This document shows positions 16,460 through 26,000 of a DNA stretch of 64,000 nucleotides, in pieces; positions within the stretch are counted from its first letter, which is position 1; every line of letters starts with the position of its first letter. Location: assembly GCA_037189525.1 (NCBI GenBank), contig JBBCJC010000001.1:365-64364 (forward strand), in the 5' to 3' direction. The notes under the pieces are model-generated. The model saw only the letters and a program-made list of their open reading frames with translations, was not told where the DNA came from and did no database searches. Both the position numbers and the translations under genes were made by a program. Source of the DNA: Gemmatimonadales bacterium. GTDB lineage: Bacteria > Gemmatimonadota > Gemmatimonadetes > Gemmatimonadales > GWC2-71-9.

Positions 16460-18067
16460 ATGACAATCATGCGCGCTACCTACCTGGCACTCTCCCTCGG
16501 GCTTCTCGTCGGCTGCTCATCAACCGAGACTTCGACGCCACCGGCGCCGCCACCGCCGCCGCCGCCCCCGCCACCACCCGCGGCGGCCCCCGCGTTCAGT
16601 TTGGGTGCCACACCGACCTCGATCTCCATCGCCGCCGGATCGAGCGGCACGGTCGCCCTGACCATTACCCGATCCGGCGGGTTCCAGGGTGAGGTGACTC
16701 TCGGCATCGAAGGCGTGCCGAGCGGGGTCACCGCAACCTTCGCTCCGAGTGTGATCGGACCGACGGCAACGACCAGTACGTTGACGGTTGCTCCATCCGC
16801 GGCAACTGCCGCGGCTACGATCCCATTGGTGATCAGAGCCAGTGGAACTGGCATCACCTCACAGACCGCGGGGGTATCCGCCGTCGTGACCGCTGCGCCG
16901 TCCAGTCCCGCTCAAGAATGGACGTTCTGCCGTCCAGACCGGCAACCCGTCTTCTTCGCGGTACGGGACGATCTGGATGGGCCATGGCGGCAGATCACCG
17001 CGTCAGGTGCGAGCACCTTCAATTTTACACTGCCGCGCAGCCCCGCTGCGGTTGCCTTCGTCTATTCGCAAGCTGGTCGATGGGTCACCATGAGCTACCA
17101 GGGCACCAGAGAGGAGCTTCGCGCATTCAGCACTCTCAACTGCCCTGCCGTGTCGAGACGCACCGTGTCGGGAACGGTTGCCGGGCTGGCCGGCAGCGAC
17201 GTCGGTCTGGTCACGATCGATGGTCTCACGAAGAACACCTCCTCGGGGCAACCGGCTTTCAGCCTCGCCGATGTCCCCAGCGGCCCGATCTCGGTGCTGG
17301 CTCAACGCCAGATATTCACGGGCACCGACGAGAACGAGCGGACCGCGGTGGATCGCGTCATCCTGCGCCGTAACATCGACCCCGGCACATCTCCGATGGC
17401 TGTGCTGGACTTCAACTCGTCCGAGGCGTTTGCCCCGGCGGCTGCCTCACTTACCGTCTCCAATGGTACTGTTGGTGCGTACGCCTTTCTCACCAACGTC
17501 ATCGGACGAGGCTACGCCAATGTAGGCGGCCTCCTCCCGGGCGGATTTTCGGATGGGCGGCCGCCGCATACCTATTATGCGATCCCAACCAACCGCCTGC
17601 TCGCCGACGACTGGCAAGGGCTCACGGTTTTCGCGCTCAATCCATTCACGGGTAGCGAACGTTCGATAACCACGATCTTTCGCACGGCGGTCGACCGGAC
17701 CATCGCATTGGGCGCCGAGTTGGCGCCGTACACGACGACCGTGGTAGAACAGGCTCCCCTCCTGCTCCGCGTTTCCGGCCCGATTCAACCCGACTATCCA
17801 GCGCAGTGGGACGTGACCTTTTCTCAAACCGGCGCCAACCCGGCCGTTTTGGTCATCTCCACCGCCGCGGCTCAAGCGAGTTCCAGCACCTATACCATCC
17901 AAGCACCCAACCTGCGCGGCCTTGCGGGCTACGACGCCGCCTGGGAGTTGCGAGCTGGTCTTCGGGTCGAGGTCAACGTGGCCGCGCGATCTCGCGCCGC
18001 CGACAGCACCCTCAGTGAAGGCCTGGTCATCCGGAACGCTCAGTCCACCAGCAACATTCGCCCCTGA
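16460..18067 (+). CDS. hypothetical lipoprotein with poly-proline linker
   Basis: ATG 16460 lies 11 nt after GAGGA. MTIMRATYLALSLGLLVGC is a lipobox, followed by PPAPPPPPPPPPPPAAAP. No recognisable catalytic motif. Confidence 0.7.
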   Translation: MTIMRATYLALSLGLLVGCSSTETSTPPAPPPPPPPPPPPAAAPAFSLGATPTSISIAAGSSGTVALTITRSGGFQGEVTLGIEGVPSGVTATFAPSVIGPTATTSTLTVAPSAATAAATIPLVIRASGTGITSQTAGVSAVVTAAPSSPAQEWTFCRPDRQPVFFAVRDDLDGPWRQITASGASTFNFTLPRSPAAVAFVYSQAGRWVTMSYQGTREELRAFSTLNCPAVSRRTVSGTVAGLAGSDVGLVTIDGLTKNTSSGQPAFSLADVPSGPISVLAQRQIFTGTDENERTAVDRVILRRNIDPGTSPMAVLDFNSSEAFAPAAASLTVSNGTVGAYAFLTNVIGRGYANVGGLLPGGFSDGRPPHTYYAIPTNRLLADDWQGLTVFALNPFTGSERSITTIFRTAVDRTIALGAELAPYTTTVVEQAPLLLRVSGPIQPDYPAQWDVTFSQTGANPAVLVISTAAAQASSSTYTIQAPNLRGLAGYDAAWELRAGLRVEVNVAARSRAADSTLSEGLVIRNAQSTSNIRP

Positions 18068-18224
18068 GTCAGCTGCGCACAACCGACCCAATGGTGGCGA
18101 GACGGGTTTTCCGCTCTCGCCACCGGCGGGGCGATCGGGAATGGCCGATGGCGGACCGTGGTGCCAGGTTCGGCGCCGTGGTAGGTTTTGGCCTGTGACT
18201 CGATCTCTGACAACGGAGGACCCG

Positions 18225-18815
18225 GTGAGCAACTTCCCTCTTCGCGCCGCCATGATCACCGCGCTCGCGGCCGTCCCCCACTTGGCTCGTGCTCAGCAGG
18301 CCGCCATTCCCCCGGCGGCTGAGCAGATCGCCGCGGCGGTGCTGGCAATGCCGCCGGAGATGCGGGCCGGCGCCAGGGTCATGGGCTACGATCAGGCGGG
18401 CCGGTTCGTGGTCTTGCGACAGGGCAAGGAGATGGTCTGTCTTGCCCAGTATCCCAAGGAGCAGCGGTTCCACGTGTCATGCTACCACGAATCGCTGGAG
18501 CCGTTCATGGCGCGGGGGCGCGAACTCCGGGCAGCCGGGACCGATGCCAATCAGATCGACACGGTCCGTTACGCCGAAGCGCGGAGCGGGAAGCTCAAGC
18601 TGCCGTCCGGGCCCGCGGCGCTCTGGCAGCTCTTCGGCGGCACCTTCGACCCCAAGGCTGCGAGTGTGACCGGGGCGCGCAAGCTGTATGTGGTCTACAT
18701 CCCCTATGCAACCGGCGCGTCGACCGGACTGCCGGAGCGCCCTCATGGCAGTGAACCCTGGCTGATGTCGCCGGGCACGCCGAAGGCGCACATCATGTTC
18801 GCGCCAACCATGTAG
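18225..18815 (+). CDS. hypothetical secreted protein
   Basis: GTG 18225 lies 5 nt after GGAGG (18215-18219). Signal-like VSNFPLRAAMITALAAVPHLARAQQ. A partial paralogous remnant lies at 42270-42405. Confidence 0.65.
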   Translation: MSNFPLRAAMITALAAVPHLARAQQAAIPPAAEQIAAAVLAMPPEMRAGARVMGYDQAGRFVVLRQGKEMVCLAQYPKEQRFHVSCYHESLEPFMARGRELRAAGTDANQIDTVRYAEARSGKLKLPSGPAALWQLFGGTFDPKAASVTGARKLYVVYIPYATGASTGLPERPHGSEPWLMSPGTPKAHIMFAPTM

Positions 18816-18836
18816 CCAACATGGCGATGGCGCCAG

Positions 18837-21293
18837 CTAGTCCTGCCGCAGCACGGAGGCCGGCTGCACGGCAATCGCGCGGCGGGTCGGAATCCAGAAC
18901 GCCACCACCGCGCCGAGCGCCACGAGGACAATCACAGCAACGAGGGTGATCGGATCGATCGGGCTCATGCCATAGAGAATCCGCCGGATCAGGAAGCCGC
19001 CCGCCAGAGCCAGCGCGAGCCCCACTGCCCCGCCGCCCACGATCGGCCCCACGCCCTGACGCACCACCAATCCCATCACTCGGCCGGGCGCCGCGCCGAG
19101 GGCGACACGAATGGCGATTTCGCGAGCGCGGCGACCGACGGCAAAGGCGATCACTCCGAACAGCCCGACCGTTGCGAGGATCAGCGCCAGCGCACCGAGC
19201 GCGGTGAGGGTGTAGGAGAGAATTCGCACCGGCAGGAGCGCCTGCTGGACATTCTGCTCGATGGTGCTGGTCTTGACCAGGAGGTTGGGGTCGATCTCCG
19301 CGGCGGCGCGACGGATCGCAGCAATGGTGGCAGCGTCATCGCCCTGGTGACGAACCTGAATGGTCGCCTCCATGTAACGGAGACCTTGGATCGGCCGGTA
19401 GTAGGTGGGCAGCTGGCGCCGACCCGGATCGAGCGAGCGGGTGCTGCTGACGACGCCGATGATCTCCAACACCTCTGATGGCCCGTCCCGGGTGTCGTTG
19501 AGCACCAGTCGCCGGCCGATGGCACGGCCCTGGAGCCGCTGGTCGGCAAAACGCTGGTCGACGATCGCGACCGCGTCGCCGCGTTTGACTTCTGCCTCGC
19601 TGAAGCTCCGGCCCGCGAGAACCCTGATTCCGGCCGCGGCAAAGTAGTCGGCGCCGATTTCGTCGAACGCCACCTGGAAAGACTCACTCGACGTACCCGC
19701 GCCGTCGTCGACCCGAATCACGTTGCTGGCCGAGGAGAGTTCGGGCTGGAGAAAACTGGTGCTGGCGGCGACCACGCCGGGCTCGTTCCGCACCCGTTCG
19801 GTCAGCCGCGCAAAGAACGCTTCAGCTGCGACCGAGTCGTACTGCTGCTGGCGCAGGTCGAAGGAGCCGATCACCAGTCGGTCGAGCGGCTTGCCGACGT
19901 CCATGGTCAGGGCGTGTCGCATGCTGCGCACGACGAGCCCGGCGTTGACCAGCAGCACTACGCAGGCGGCCACCTGCACGCCGACCAGCAGGTGCTGGAT
20001 CCGGAGCCTGGGGCGGCCCGGCGAGGCGAGTCCGTCGCTCTTCAGGCTGGGTGAGAGCTCGAAGCCGGTCGACTGGAGGGCCGGGAGGAATCCGAAGGCG
20101 ATTCCGGAAACGACCGACATCACCGCGGCAAAGGCGAGCACGGCGGGATCGGGGGAGAAGTCGAATTGGAGGTCCATCGAGGCCGGGATGACGAGATCGG
20201 CCAGCCGGGCCGCCCCGAAAGCGAGGGTCAGGCCGAGCGCGCCGCCCAGGAGGCCGAGCCAGGCGCTCTCGACCAGCAGCAGGCGGATGATGCCCTGCCG
20301 GTCGGCGCCGACCGCGCGGCGGATGGCGAATTCCCGCTGCCGCGCCAGGCCGCGGGCCATCAGCATGTTGGCGACGTTGGCGCAGGCGACGATCAGGATT
20401 AACCCGAAGGCAACCCAGAGGAGGGTGAGCGCCGGAACTGCGGTTCGCCGCGCCTTGGGCACGGCCAGGAATGCGGCCGGCACGACGGACGCGTTGATCC
20501 GGGCGCCGGTACCGGCATTAACGGCCCGCTCGGCGAGCAGTTGCAGTTCGGCGGCCATCTGCGCGTCGCCTGCCCCGCCCTTGGCGCGGGCAAAGACCTG
20601 GATCCAGGACACGTTCGTCTGATCGATCAGGAACTCGCCGGGCCGGGTGAGGCGTTGCATGGAGAGCGGAATCCAGAGGTCGGCACCCTGGATCAGAGGG
20701 CCGCGGGTCCGCTCGTCGGCGACGCCGATGACGGTGAACGGGGTGCGGTTCAAGGTCAGGACCGTGCCGAGTACGGCGGGGTCACCGCCCAGCTCGACGG
20801 TCCAGAACCGGTGGCTCAGCACCGCGACTGGGGCGCTGCCCGGGTGGGCGGTCTCGTCGGCGGTGAAGAAGCGGCCCAGGACCGGCCGGGCGCCGAGCAT
20901 GGGGAGAAGGTTGTCGGAGGCGAGTTGGGCCTCGAGGCTCTGGACGGTGCCCTTCTGCCAACTGAGCTGGACCGCGGCGACGCCGGCGAGGTCAGCGGTG
21001 GTCGAGGCGGAGCGGATGGCGGCCAGTTCCTGGAAGGAGAGGCCGCCGTTGGCGTTGAAGGAGGCGCGACCGCCGCCGCCGTGGATTTCGACGAAGAGGT
21101 TTCGCAGGGTCTCCGGCTCGGCCACCGGGAGGGGGCGGAAGAGCACGGCGTGCATGACGGAGAAGAGCGAGGTGTTGAAGCCCATGCCGAGTCCGACGGT
21201 CAGGACGGCGGTGGCCGTGAAGAGCGGGAACCGGGCGAAGGTCCGGAAGGCCAGACGGGTGTCGCGGCCGAGGGCGTCGAGGAGTCGGGTCAT
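18837..21293 (-). CDS. ABC-transporter permease, duplicated MacB-periplasmic/FtsX (ADOP-type), no cognate PadR gene upstream
   Basis: 818 aa. N-terminal LRLAFRTFARFPLFTATAVLTVGLGMGFNTSLFSVMHAVLFRPLPV. Two FtsX-like TM blocks: ACANVANMLMARGLARQREFAIRRAVGA, and the C-terminal REIAIRVALGA... Confidence 0.85.
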   Translation of the reverse strand: MTRLLDALGRDTRLAFRTFARFPLFTATAVLTVGLGMGFNTSLFSVMHAVLFRPLPVAEPETLRNLFVEIHGGGGRASFNANGGLSFQELAAIRSASTTADLAGVAAVQLSWQKGTVQSLEAQLASDNLLPMLGARPVLGRFFTADETAHPGSAPVAVLSHRFWTVELGGDPAVLGTVLTLNRTPFTVIGVADERTRGPLIQGADLWIPLSMQRLTRPGEFLIDQTNVSWIQVFARAKGGAGDAQMAAELQLLAERAVNAGTGARINASVVPAAFLAVPKARRTAVPALTLLWVAFGLILIVACANVANMLMARGLARQREFAIRRAVGADRQGIIRLLLVESAWLGLLGGALGLTLAFGAARLADLVIPASMDLQFDFSPDPAVLAFAAVMSVVSGIAFGFLPALQSTGFELSPSLKSDGLASPGRPRLRIQHLLVGVQVAACVVLLVNAGLVVRSMRHALTMDVGKPLDRLVIGSFDLRQQQYDSVAAEAFFARLTERVRNEPGVVAASTSFLQPELSSASNVIRVDDGAGTSSESFQVAFDEIGADYFAAAGIRVLAGRSFSEAEVKRGDAVAIVDQRFADQRLQGRAIGRRLVLNDTRDGPSEVLEIIGVVSSTRSLDPGRRQLPTYYRPIQGLRYMEATIQVRHQGDDAATIAAIRRAAAEIDPNLLVKTSTIEQNVQQALLPVRILSYTLTALGALALILATVGLFGVIAFAVGRRAREIAIRVALGAAPGRVMGLVVRQGVGPIVGGGAVGLALALAGGFLIRRILYGMSPIDPITLVAVIVLVALGAVVAFWIPTRRAIAVQPASVLRQD

Positions 21294-21602
21294 GATTTGC
21301 CAGGCGGGAGACGATGGCAGGACGTGCCAAGTCGCCCGGAGGTTTCAACCGGGCACGGGAGGATAGTTGGCGCAACAATCACCCCCTCGAAAGCCGGCAT
21401 GTCTTGGGCAGGAACGGGCGAACGAACGGGCATGCAAGACAGGGCAGACCATTGGAGCAAGCCCGGAAGAGGGATAGTAGGAGATGGCCCCTGTTCAACC
21501 GTGAAAAACGATCAGCTCCGATGCAAGGCTAGCGGCAATTACGAACAATGTGTAATCTGACATCTACGAGCCAGGACTAGTTAGGCGCATTGGGGAGATA
21601 CC

Positions 21603-22607
21603 GTGACACCAGAGCGGCTCATTTCCGACACATACGCATACTTCCTCGGTCATGGTTACTGGCCAATGGTCCGATATGTCCAGGGCGAGTATGGGCCGCG
21701 CATTAATGTTCGCGCGATAGCTGCTGAGCTAGGCCGCCACACAATCGTGTGCCAAGATGGAGCAGACGGACGATGCTTTCTCACCCTCGAAGGTCTTGCT
21801 CGGATACCTGAAGCAACGACCGACCTGAATAACCTAGCGCGTGCGGTTGCATTTATCGGCCAACAAATCGGGACCGAATCTCCTACTGAAATTGACTCCT
21901 CCCGCATTGGTACCGCCCTCGAGCTTGAGGGTGTTGCCCTAGCGCGGGTGGGCGCTCTACTCTATCAAGTTAGCCGGCTCTGGTCGGGAGGAAGCTGGCC
22001 GCCCGACAACGTAGGCTTCAAGATTACCCCGACGGAGCAGGCACTCTTTTTCAGAGATATACAGTCGTTCAAAGAGCTTGAGGAGGCTCGAGCGCAGGTA
22101 GAGCGTGATGATCGGCGGATCGGAGAGCTCCTTTCAAGGGCATACTCGCGAGCTCATGGAGCCTCGTCACCGTCTGTTGAGGGTGACGGTCCCTCGCGGT
22201 ACACACTTGCCAACTCCCGCTTGGACGTTGTTCTTCAAAGCGATCTTCTCGAACTGGCAACTGTCCGTTCACTTGGCGCGTGGAAATCTGCTGCAATCCT
22301 TGCTGGCACATGCGTCGAGGCACTCCTATTAGACCTCTGCCAGCGTCATCACGACATGTGTTCCGCTAGGTGGGGTGAAAACTGGGCCAGAAACGTCGGC
22401 ACTGACAAGATGGCGCGCTTTGCGAAAGAAAACGGTTGGATAACTACAGATCATCTGGAGCTGATTGGACCGATTCGACGCTGGCGAAACCTTGTGCATC
22501 CATTTAGCGCTGCGACGACTACGGAACCAACGAAGGAGCTTGCGGATGCGCTTATTGCGGTGCTTTACCTTCTAATGGCAGATTTGGTGCGAAGCGAGGC
22601 GGACTGA
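21603..22607 (+). CDS. hypothetical protein, C-terminal helical domain with a possible HEPN-like R-x5-H motif
   Basis: GTG lies 5 nt after GGGGAG. The region is AT-richer. C-terminal AAILAGTCVEALLLDLC ... IGPIRRWRNLVHPFS ... ALIAVLYLLMADL. The R-W-R-N-L-V-H spacing fits Rx4-6H only loosely. Confidence 0.6.
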   Translation: MTPERLISDTYAYFLGHGYWPMVRYVQGEYGPRINVRAIAAELGRHTIVCQDGADGRCFLTLEGLARIPEATTDLNNLARAVAFIGQQIGTESPTEIDSSRIGTALELEGVALARVGALLYQVSRLWSGGSWPPDNVGFKITPTEQALFFRDIQSFKELEEARAQVERDDRRIGELLSRAYSRAHGASSPSVEGDGPSRYTLANSRLDVVLQSDLLELATVRSLGAWKSAAILAGTCVEALLLDLCQRHHDMCSARWGENWARNVGTDKMARFAKENGWITTDHLELIGPIRRWRNLVHPFSAATTTEPTKELADALIAVLYLLMADLVRSEAD

Positions 22608-22787
22608 TGAGCATGCAGCCAAAGATGCGAGATTCCGGCTCCGGCGTCGCGACCGCGCCCGCGCCCGCGTGATAACCAAGGATCGCCCGACGTCCTGGCT
22701 CCCAATCTGCCGCCACAGAGAGGCAAGACCTCGGGTGCCCCAAAGCGACCAACACTCATCATTTCGCCGGCGACCGCATCTTCGGAC

Positions 22788-25058
22788 ATGAACACCTACA
22801 ATTTCGCAACACTAAACGACAAGGAATTCGAATCCCTAGCCATTGATCTCATTTCGGCAGAGCTTGGGACGCGGCTGGAACGGTTCAAAGCCGGCAAGGA
22901 CAAGGGCGTCGACGGGCGTTGGTTCGCCGGGCCAAATGAGGAAGTGGTTGTTCAGTGCAAACACTGGCTCGTCAGCGGGGTCGACCGCCTGATCGCATAC
23001 CTTGCTCAAACTGAGCGGGCGAAGGTCGAACGCCTCGCATGTACCCGGTATCTCCTTATTACGTCGCTGCCCCTTTCACGCAACGACAAGCAGCGCATCA
23101 CTGCCTCTATGGCGCCGCACTTGGCTTCCGCGAGTGATGTTTTCGGCGCCGAGGACCTAAATGACCTTCTAGGCCGCTATCCAGCTGTTGAGCGTCGTCA
23201 CTATAAGTTATGGCTATCGAGCACGAGCACAATCACGCTCCTCCTTAGCAATGCCATTATCGGTCGAAGCCGTGCCGAGCTAGAGCAAATCAACCACGAC
23301 TCCCCACTATTCGTCCGCACGGCTGACTACGACCGCGCTGCCCATCGGCTACAGGAGAAGCGTACTATCGTGCTAACTGGCGAGCCGGGAATTGGCAAAA
23401 CCACGCTCGCTCGCCAACTGGCCCTTGAACACGCCGCAGATGGATTCCAATTAGTTGTCATCGAGGAGAGCATCAGCGAAGCAGAGAGCGTCTACTCGCC
23501 TGACTCAAAGCAACTGTTCTATTTCGACGACTTTCTCGGCCGTACGTTTCTAGAAGCTCTCAAGGCGAAGCAAGACTCGCACCTCTTGCGATTCATCGAG
23601 CGTGTCGGGCGGGACCCAAGGAAGCGGTTCGTCCTCACCTCTCGCACAAACATTCTCAGCCAAGGCACTGGCTTGTCCGATCTATACAGTGACCGGAAAG
23701 TCCTCACGAGCACATACGAACTTCGCGTCAGCGCCGTTTCTGCCGTCGACAGAGCACGTATTCTGTACAACCACATCTGGCACAGCCAACTATCAGCCCC
23801 ATTTGTTGATGAGCTATACGCTCACAAGCGTTATCGCGAAATCGTGAAGCACCGCAACTTCAACCCACGGTTAGTTGCGTTCGTCGTGGACGCCGCCAAA
23901 GTCGCCGATCTCACCACTGAACGCTACTGGCCCTTCGTACGCCAGACATTCTCCAACCCATCTGACGTATGGTCACATTTCTTCTCGGCCCAACTCAGCC
24001 AAGACGACCGCGACCTGACCTTCCTAGTTGTCTTAGCCGGTGGCCGGATTGGCGAACCAGCCCTGCGAGATGCCTTCTTCGCGATTCCATCCGCTCAGCC
24101 AACCAACGAGGGCCTCAACGACAATCGCTTCTGGAAGGCCGTTCAGCACACGTCCGGGTCCGTCTTGAACCGCAGCCTGATCGATGACACGAGGGTCATC
24201 TACGAGCTATACAATCCTTCGATTACGGACTTTGTGCAATCGAGCCTATCCAGATCTAGGCTATGGCTTTACTACTACCGGCAGCTGCGAACTGTTAAGG
24301 CACTTGGGCGTCTTGAACAGATTCGCGAGCAGCCATTCCTGGGATTGACCGAGTATCGACGGATACTTAGGGGTCTGTACGAAGCTGATGCGAAACGTGG
24401 CCATCCGCGAGATGCGTATAGCTTACGACTGCTTCGCCTTATGATGGACGAAGACTCGGGCGACTCTGAGGCACTCGCCGGCCTCCAGAGCGCGTTGAGT
24501 ACTAGTTTAGACATTGGAGACGATGAACACGCAGTAGATTGCCTTCAACTCATCCTCCAGGCCGACGAGCGTATGGACAGAATCGTGCTGTCGGCGCGCG
24601 CCGATGAAGTCGCTAATTACTTCATGGATGGCTCGCTGCCGCTTGACAAGCCGGATGTCGTCAGCAGGCTACTGGAAACACTGAGACGCCTCGACCTCGA
24701 CTCCTCATGCGAGGACCTTCGCCGACGAGTTTTGCGAGACTGGACGAGAGAGGTAGATCAGCACTTGGCGGACAACAACATACTTGCCTCATATTGCTAT
24801 GAAGAGGAACTCGAGGATGCGACGTCAGAGCTTCGTTCGTTTGTAAACAGCCAGTTCGACGACCTCGGCATCGACCTCTCACAAGCCGAAATTGATGCCA
24901 TATGTGGCCGCGTCGACCTAGACGACATTCTAGCCGAAAACCGTGAAATGGCGGCGCGGGCAGATGATCAAGCAGACCGCTGGCGAGAAGCGCGTTCGTC
25001 GTCTGCACTTACTGACGATGCGGCCATTGACGATATTTTTGAGCGCCCCGAGCGATAG
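22788..25058 (+). CDS. Mrr-like restriction-endonuclease domain fused to a P-loop (STAND-like) NTPase with a helical C-terminal region
   Basis: N-terminal FESLAIDLISAELGTRLERFKAGKDKGVDGRW...VVVQCKHW matches the Mrr_cat pattern (GxD...QCK). Walker A is LTGEPGIGKTTLARQLA. Walker B-like is QLFYFDDFLG. About 400 aa of helical C-terminus follows. Confidence 0.75.
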   Translation: MNTYNFATLNDKEFESLAIDLISAELGTRLERFKAGKDKGVDGRWFAGPNEEVVVQCKHWLVSGVDRLIAYLAQTERAKVERLACTRYLLITSLPLSRNDKQRITASMAPHLASASDVFGAEDLNDLLGRYPAVERRHYKLWLSSTSTITLLLSNAIIGRSRAELEQINHDSPLFVRTADYDRAAHRLQEKRTIVLTGEPGIGKTTLARQLALEHAADGFQLVVIEESISEAESVYSPDSKQLFYFDDFLGRTFLEALKAKQDSHLLRFIERVGRDPRKRFVLTSRTNILSQGTGLSDLYSDRKVLTSTYELRVSAVSAVDRARILYNHIWHSQLSAPFVDELYAHKRYREIVKHRNFNPRLVAFVVDAAKVADLTTERYWPFVRQTFSNPSDVWSHFFSAQLSQDDRDLTFLVVLAGGRIGEPALRDAFFAIPSAQPTNEGLNDNRFWKAVQHTSGSVLNRSLIDDTRVIYELYNPSITDFVQSSLSRSRLWLYYYRQLRTVKALGRLEQIREQPFLGLTEYRRILRGLYEADAKRGHPRDAYSLRLLRLMMDEDSGDSEALAGLQSALSTSLDIGDDEHAVDCLQLILQADERMDRIVLSARADEVANYFMDGSLPLDKPDVVSRLLETLRRLDLDSSCEDLRRRVLRDWTREVDQHLADNNILASYCYEEELEDATSELRSFVNSQFDDLGIDLSQAEIDAICGRVDLDDILAENREMAARADDQADRWREARSSSALTDDAAIDDIFERPER

Positions 25059-25205
25059 TCCTACAAGCGACTCTGGATAAAGGCTGGCGCGGGCGCTCGG
25101 ATTCCTAGCCGCGGCCGCAATCAAATACGGTTGGCTTCTGAGAGCTTGTTTACCCACTGACTTCTCAATACGTTTGGAGGCCAAACAATACCCGGACCTC
25201 CCGAA

Positions 25206-26000
25206 ATGCCCCTCAGTCCGTCCGAGGTTGCAAGTCTTCCTGGCCTCGTAGAAGCGGTCCTTGCGATACACCGCACTTTGGAGCCGGGCCGCTTCCTATG
25301 GTACCGTGGAACCCCCTGCCAGCATTTCAGCTTACTCCCCAAGCTAATGCGTGATGGCAAGCCGCCCGAGGCTGTGTTCGAGCGTGAGTTAAGGCTTCTC
25401 ACCCGTTTTCGCCAGCGAGGGATGGCCTACTGGCCTGCCGGTTACCCTCAGAATGACTGGGAGCACCTTTTCGCCATGCAGCATTTCGGCCTTCCAACAC
25501 GCCTCCTCGACTGGTCAGAAAATCTCTTTGTTGCTACGCATTTTGCGCTCGGAGATCCGGCTCACAGGGAGGCTCACGAGGGGCAGTGCAGACCAACCGT
25601 TTGGTGCATCGACCCCATTGCGTGGAACAGATCAACTTCGGCTCTAGCAGACTACGGCGACGCGATTCACGTTTTAACAACTGCTGACGATGAGCTCGAG
25701 GCATACCGTCCGGTTACGAAACACCGACGCTCTCGTTCTCCGATTGCTATGTATGGCGCCCACAACTCAGCCCGCATCGTATCGCAAAAGGGGACCTTCA
25801 TGGTTTGGGGGAACGAGGTCGTTGGCTTAGAAGGTCTTGCGAGTACACAGATCGCTAGTCTATGGAAGATTGAGCTCACGGAGGAACGGAGTGAGCTGGC
25901 AAAATCTCTTCAGCAGCTCGGCTTTGACGAAACGATGGTGTTTCCGGAGTTGCCGTCCCTGGCGGTAGAACTCAGCCGTACGGAAGGGTGGAAGGCGTAG
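25206..26000 (+). CDS. FRG-domain protein
   Basis: LWYRGTPCQHFSLLPKLMR and FAMQHFGLPTRLLDWSENLFVATHFAL match the FRG-domain signature blocks (xRG ... QHyGlPTrLLDwT) from memory. Confidence 0.7.
   Translation: MPLSPSEVASLPGLVEAVLAIHRTLEPGRFLWYRGTPCQHFSLLPKLMRDGKPPEAVFERELRLLTRFRQRGMAYWPAGYPQNDWEHLFAMQHFGLPTRLLDWSENLFVATHFALGDPAHREAHEGQCRPTVWCIDPIAWNRSTSALADYGDAIHVLTTADDELEAYRPVTKHRRSRSPIAMYGAHNSARIVSQKGTFMVWGNEVVGLEGLASTQIASLWKIELTEERSELAKSLQQLGFDETMVFPELPSLAVELSRTEGWKA

Noticed and set aside
22611-22730. An attC-like relic between the first two island genes. CGTCGCGACCGCGCCC matches 14/16 to the attC inner-arm segment AGTCGCGGCCGCGCCC of copy 1, and TGATAACCAAGGAT resembles the loop TGTTAATTGGAGGAT.
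   Set aside because: No complementary right arm is present, there are no RYYYAAC/GTTRRRY boxes, and overall identity is only about 60% in a GC-rich background. This could be chance. It is worth scoring with the attC model but is not reportable as a feature.
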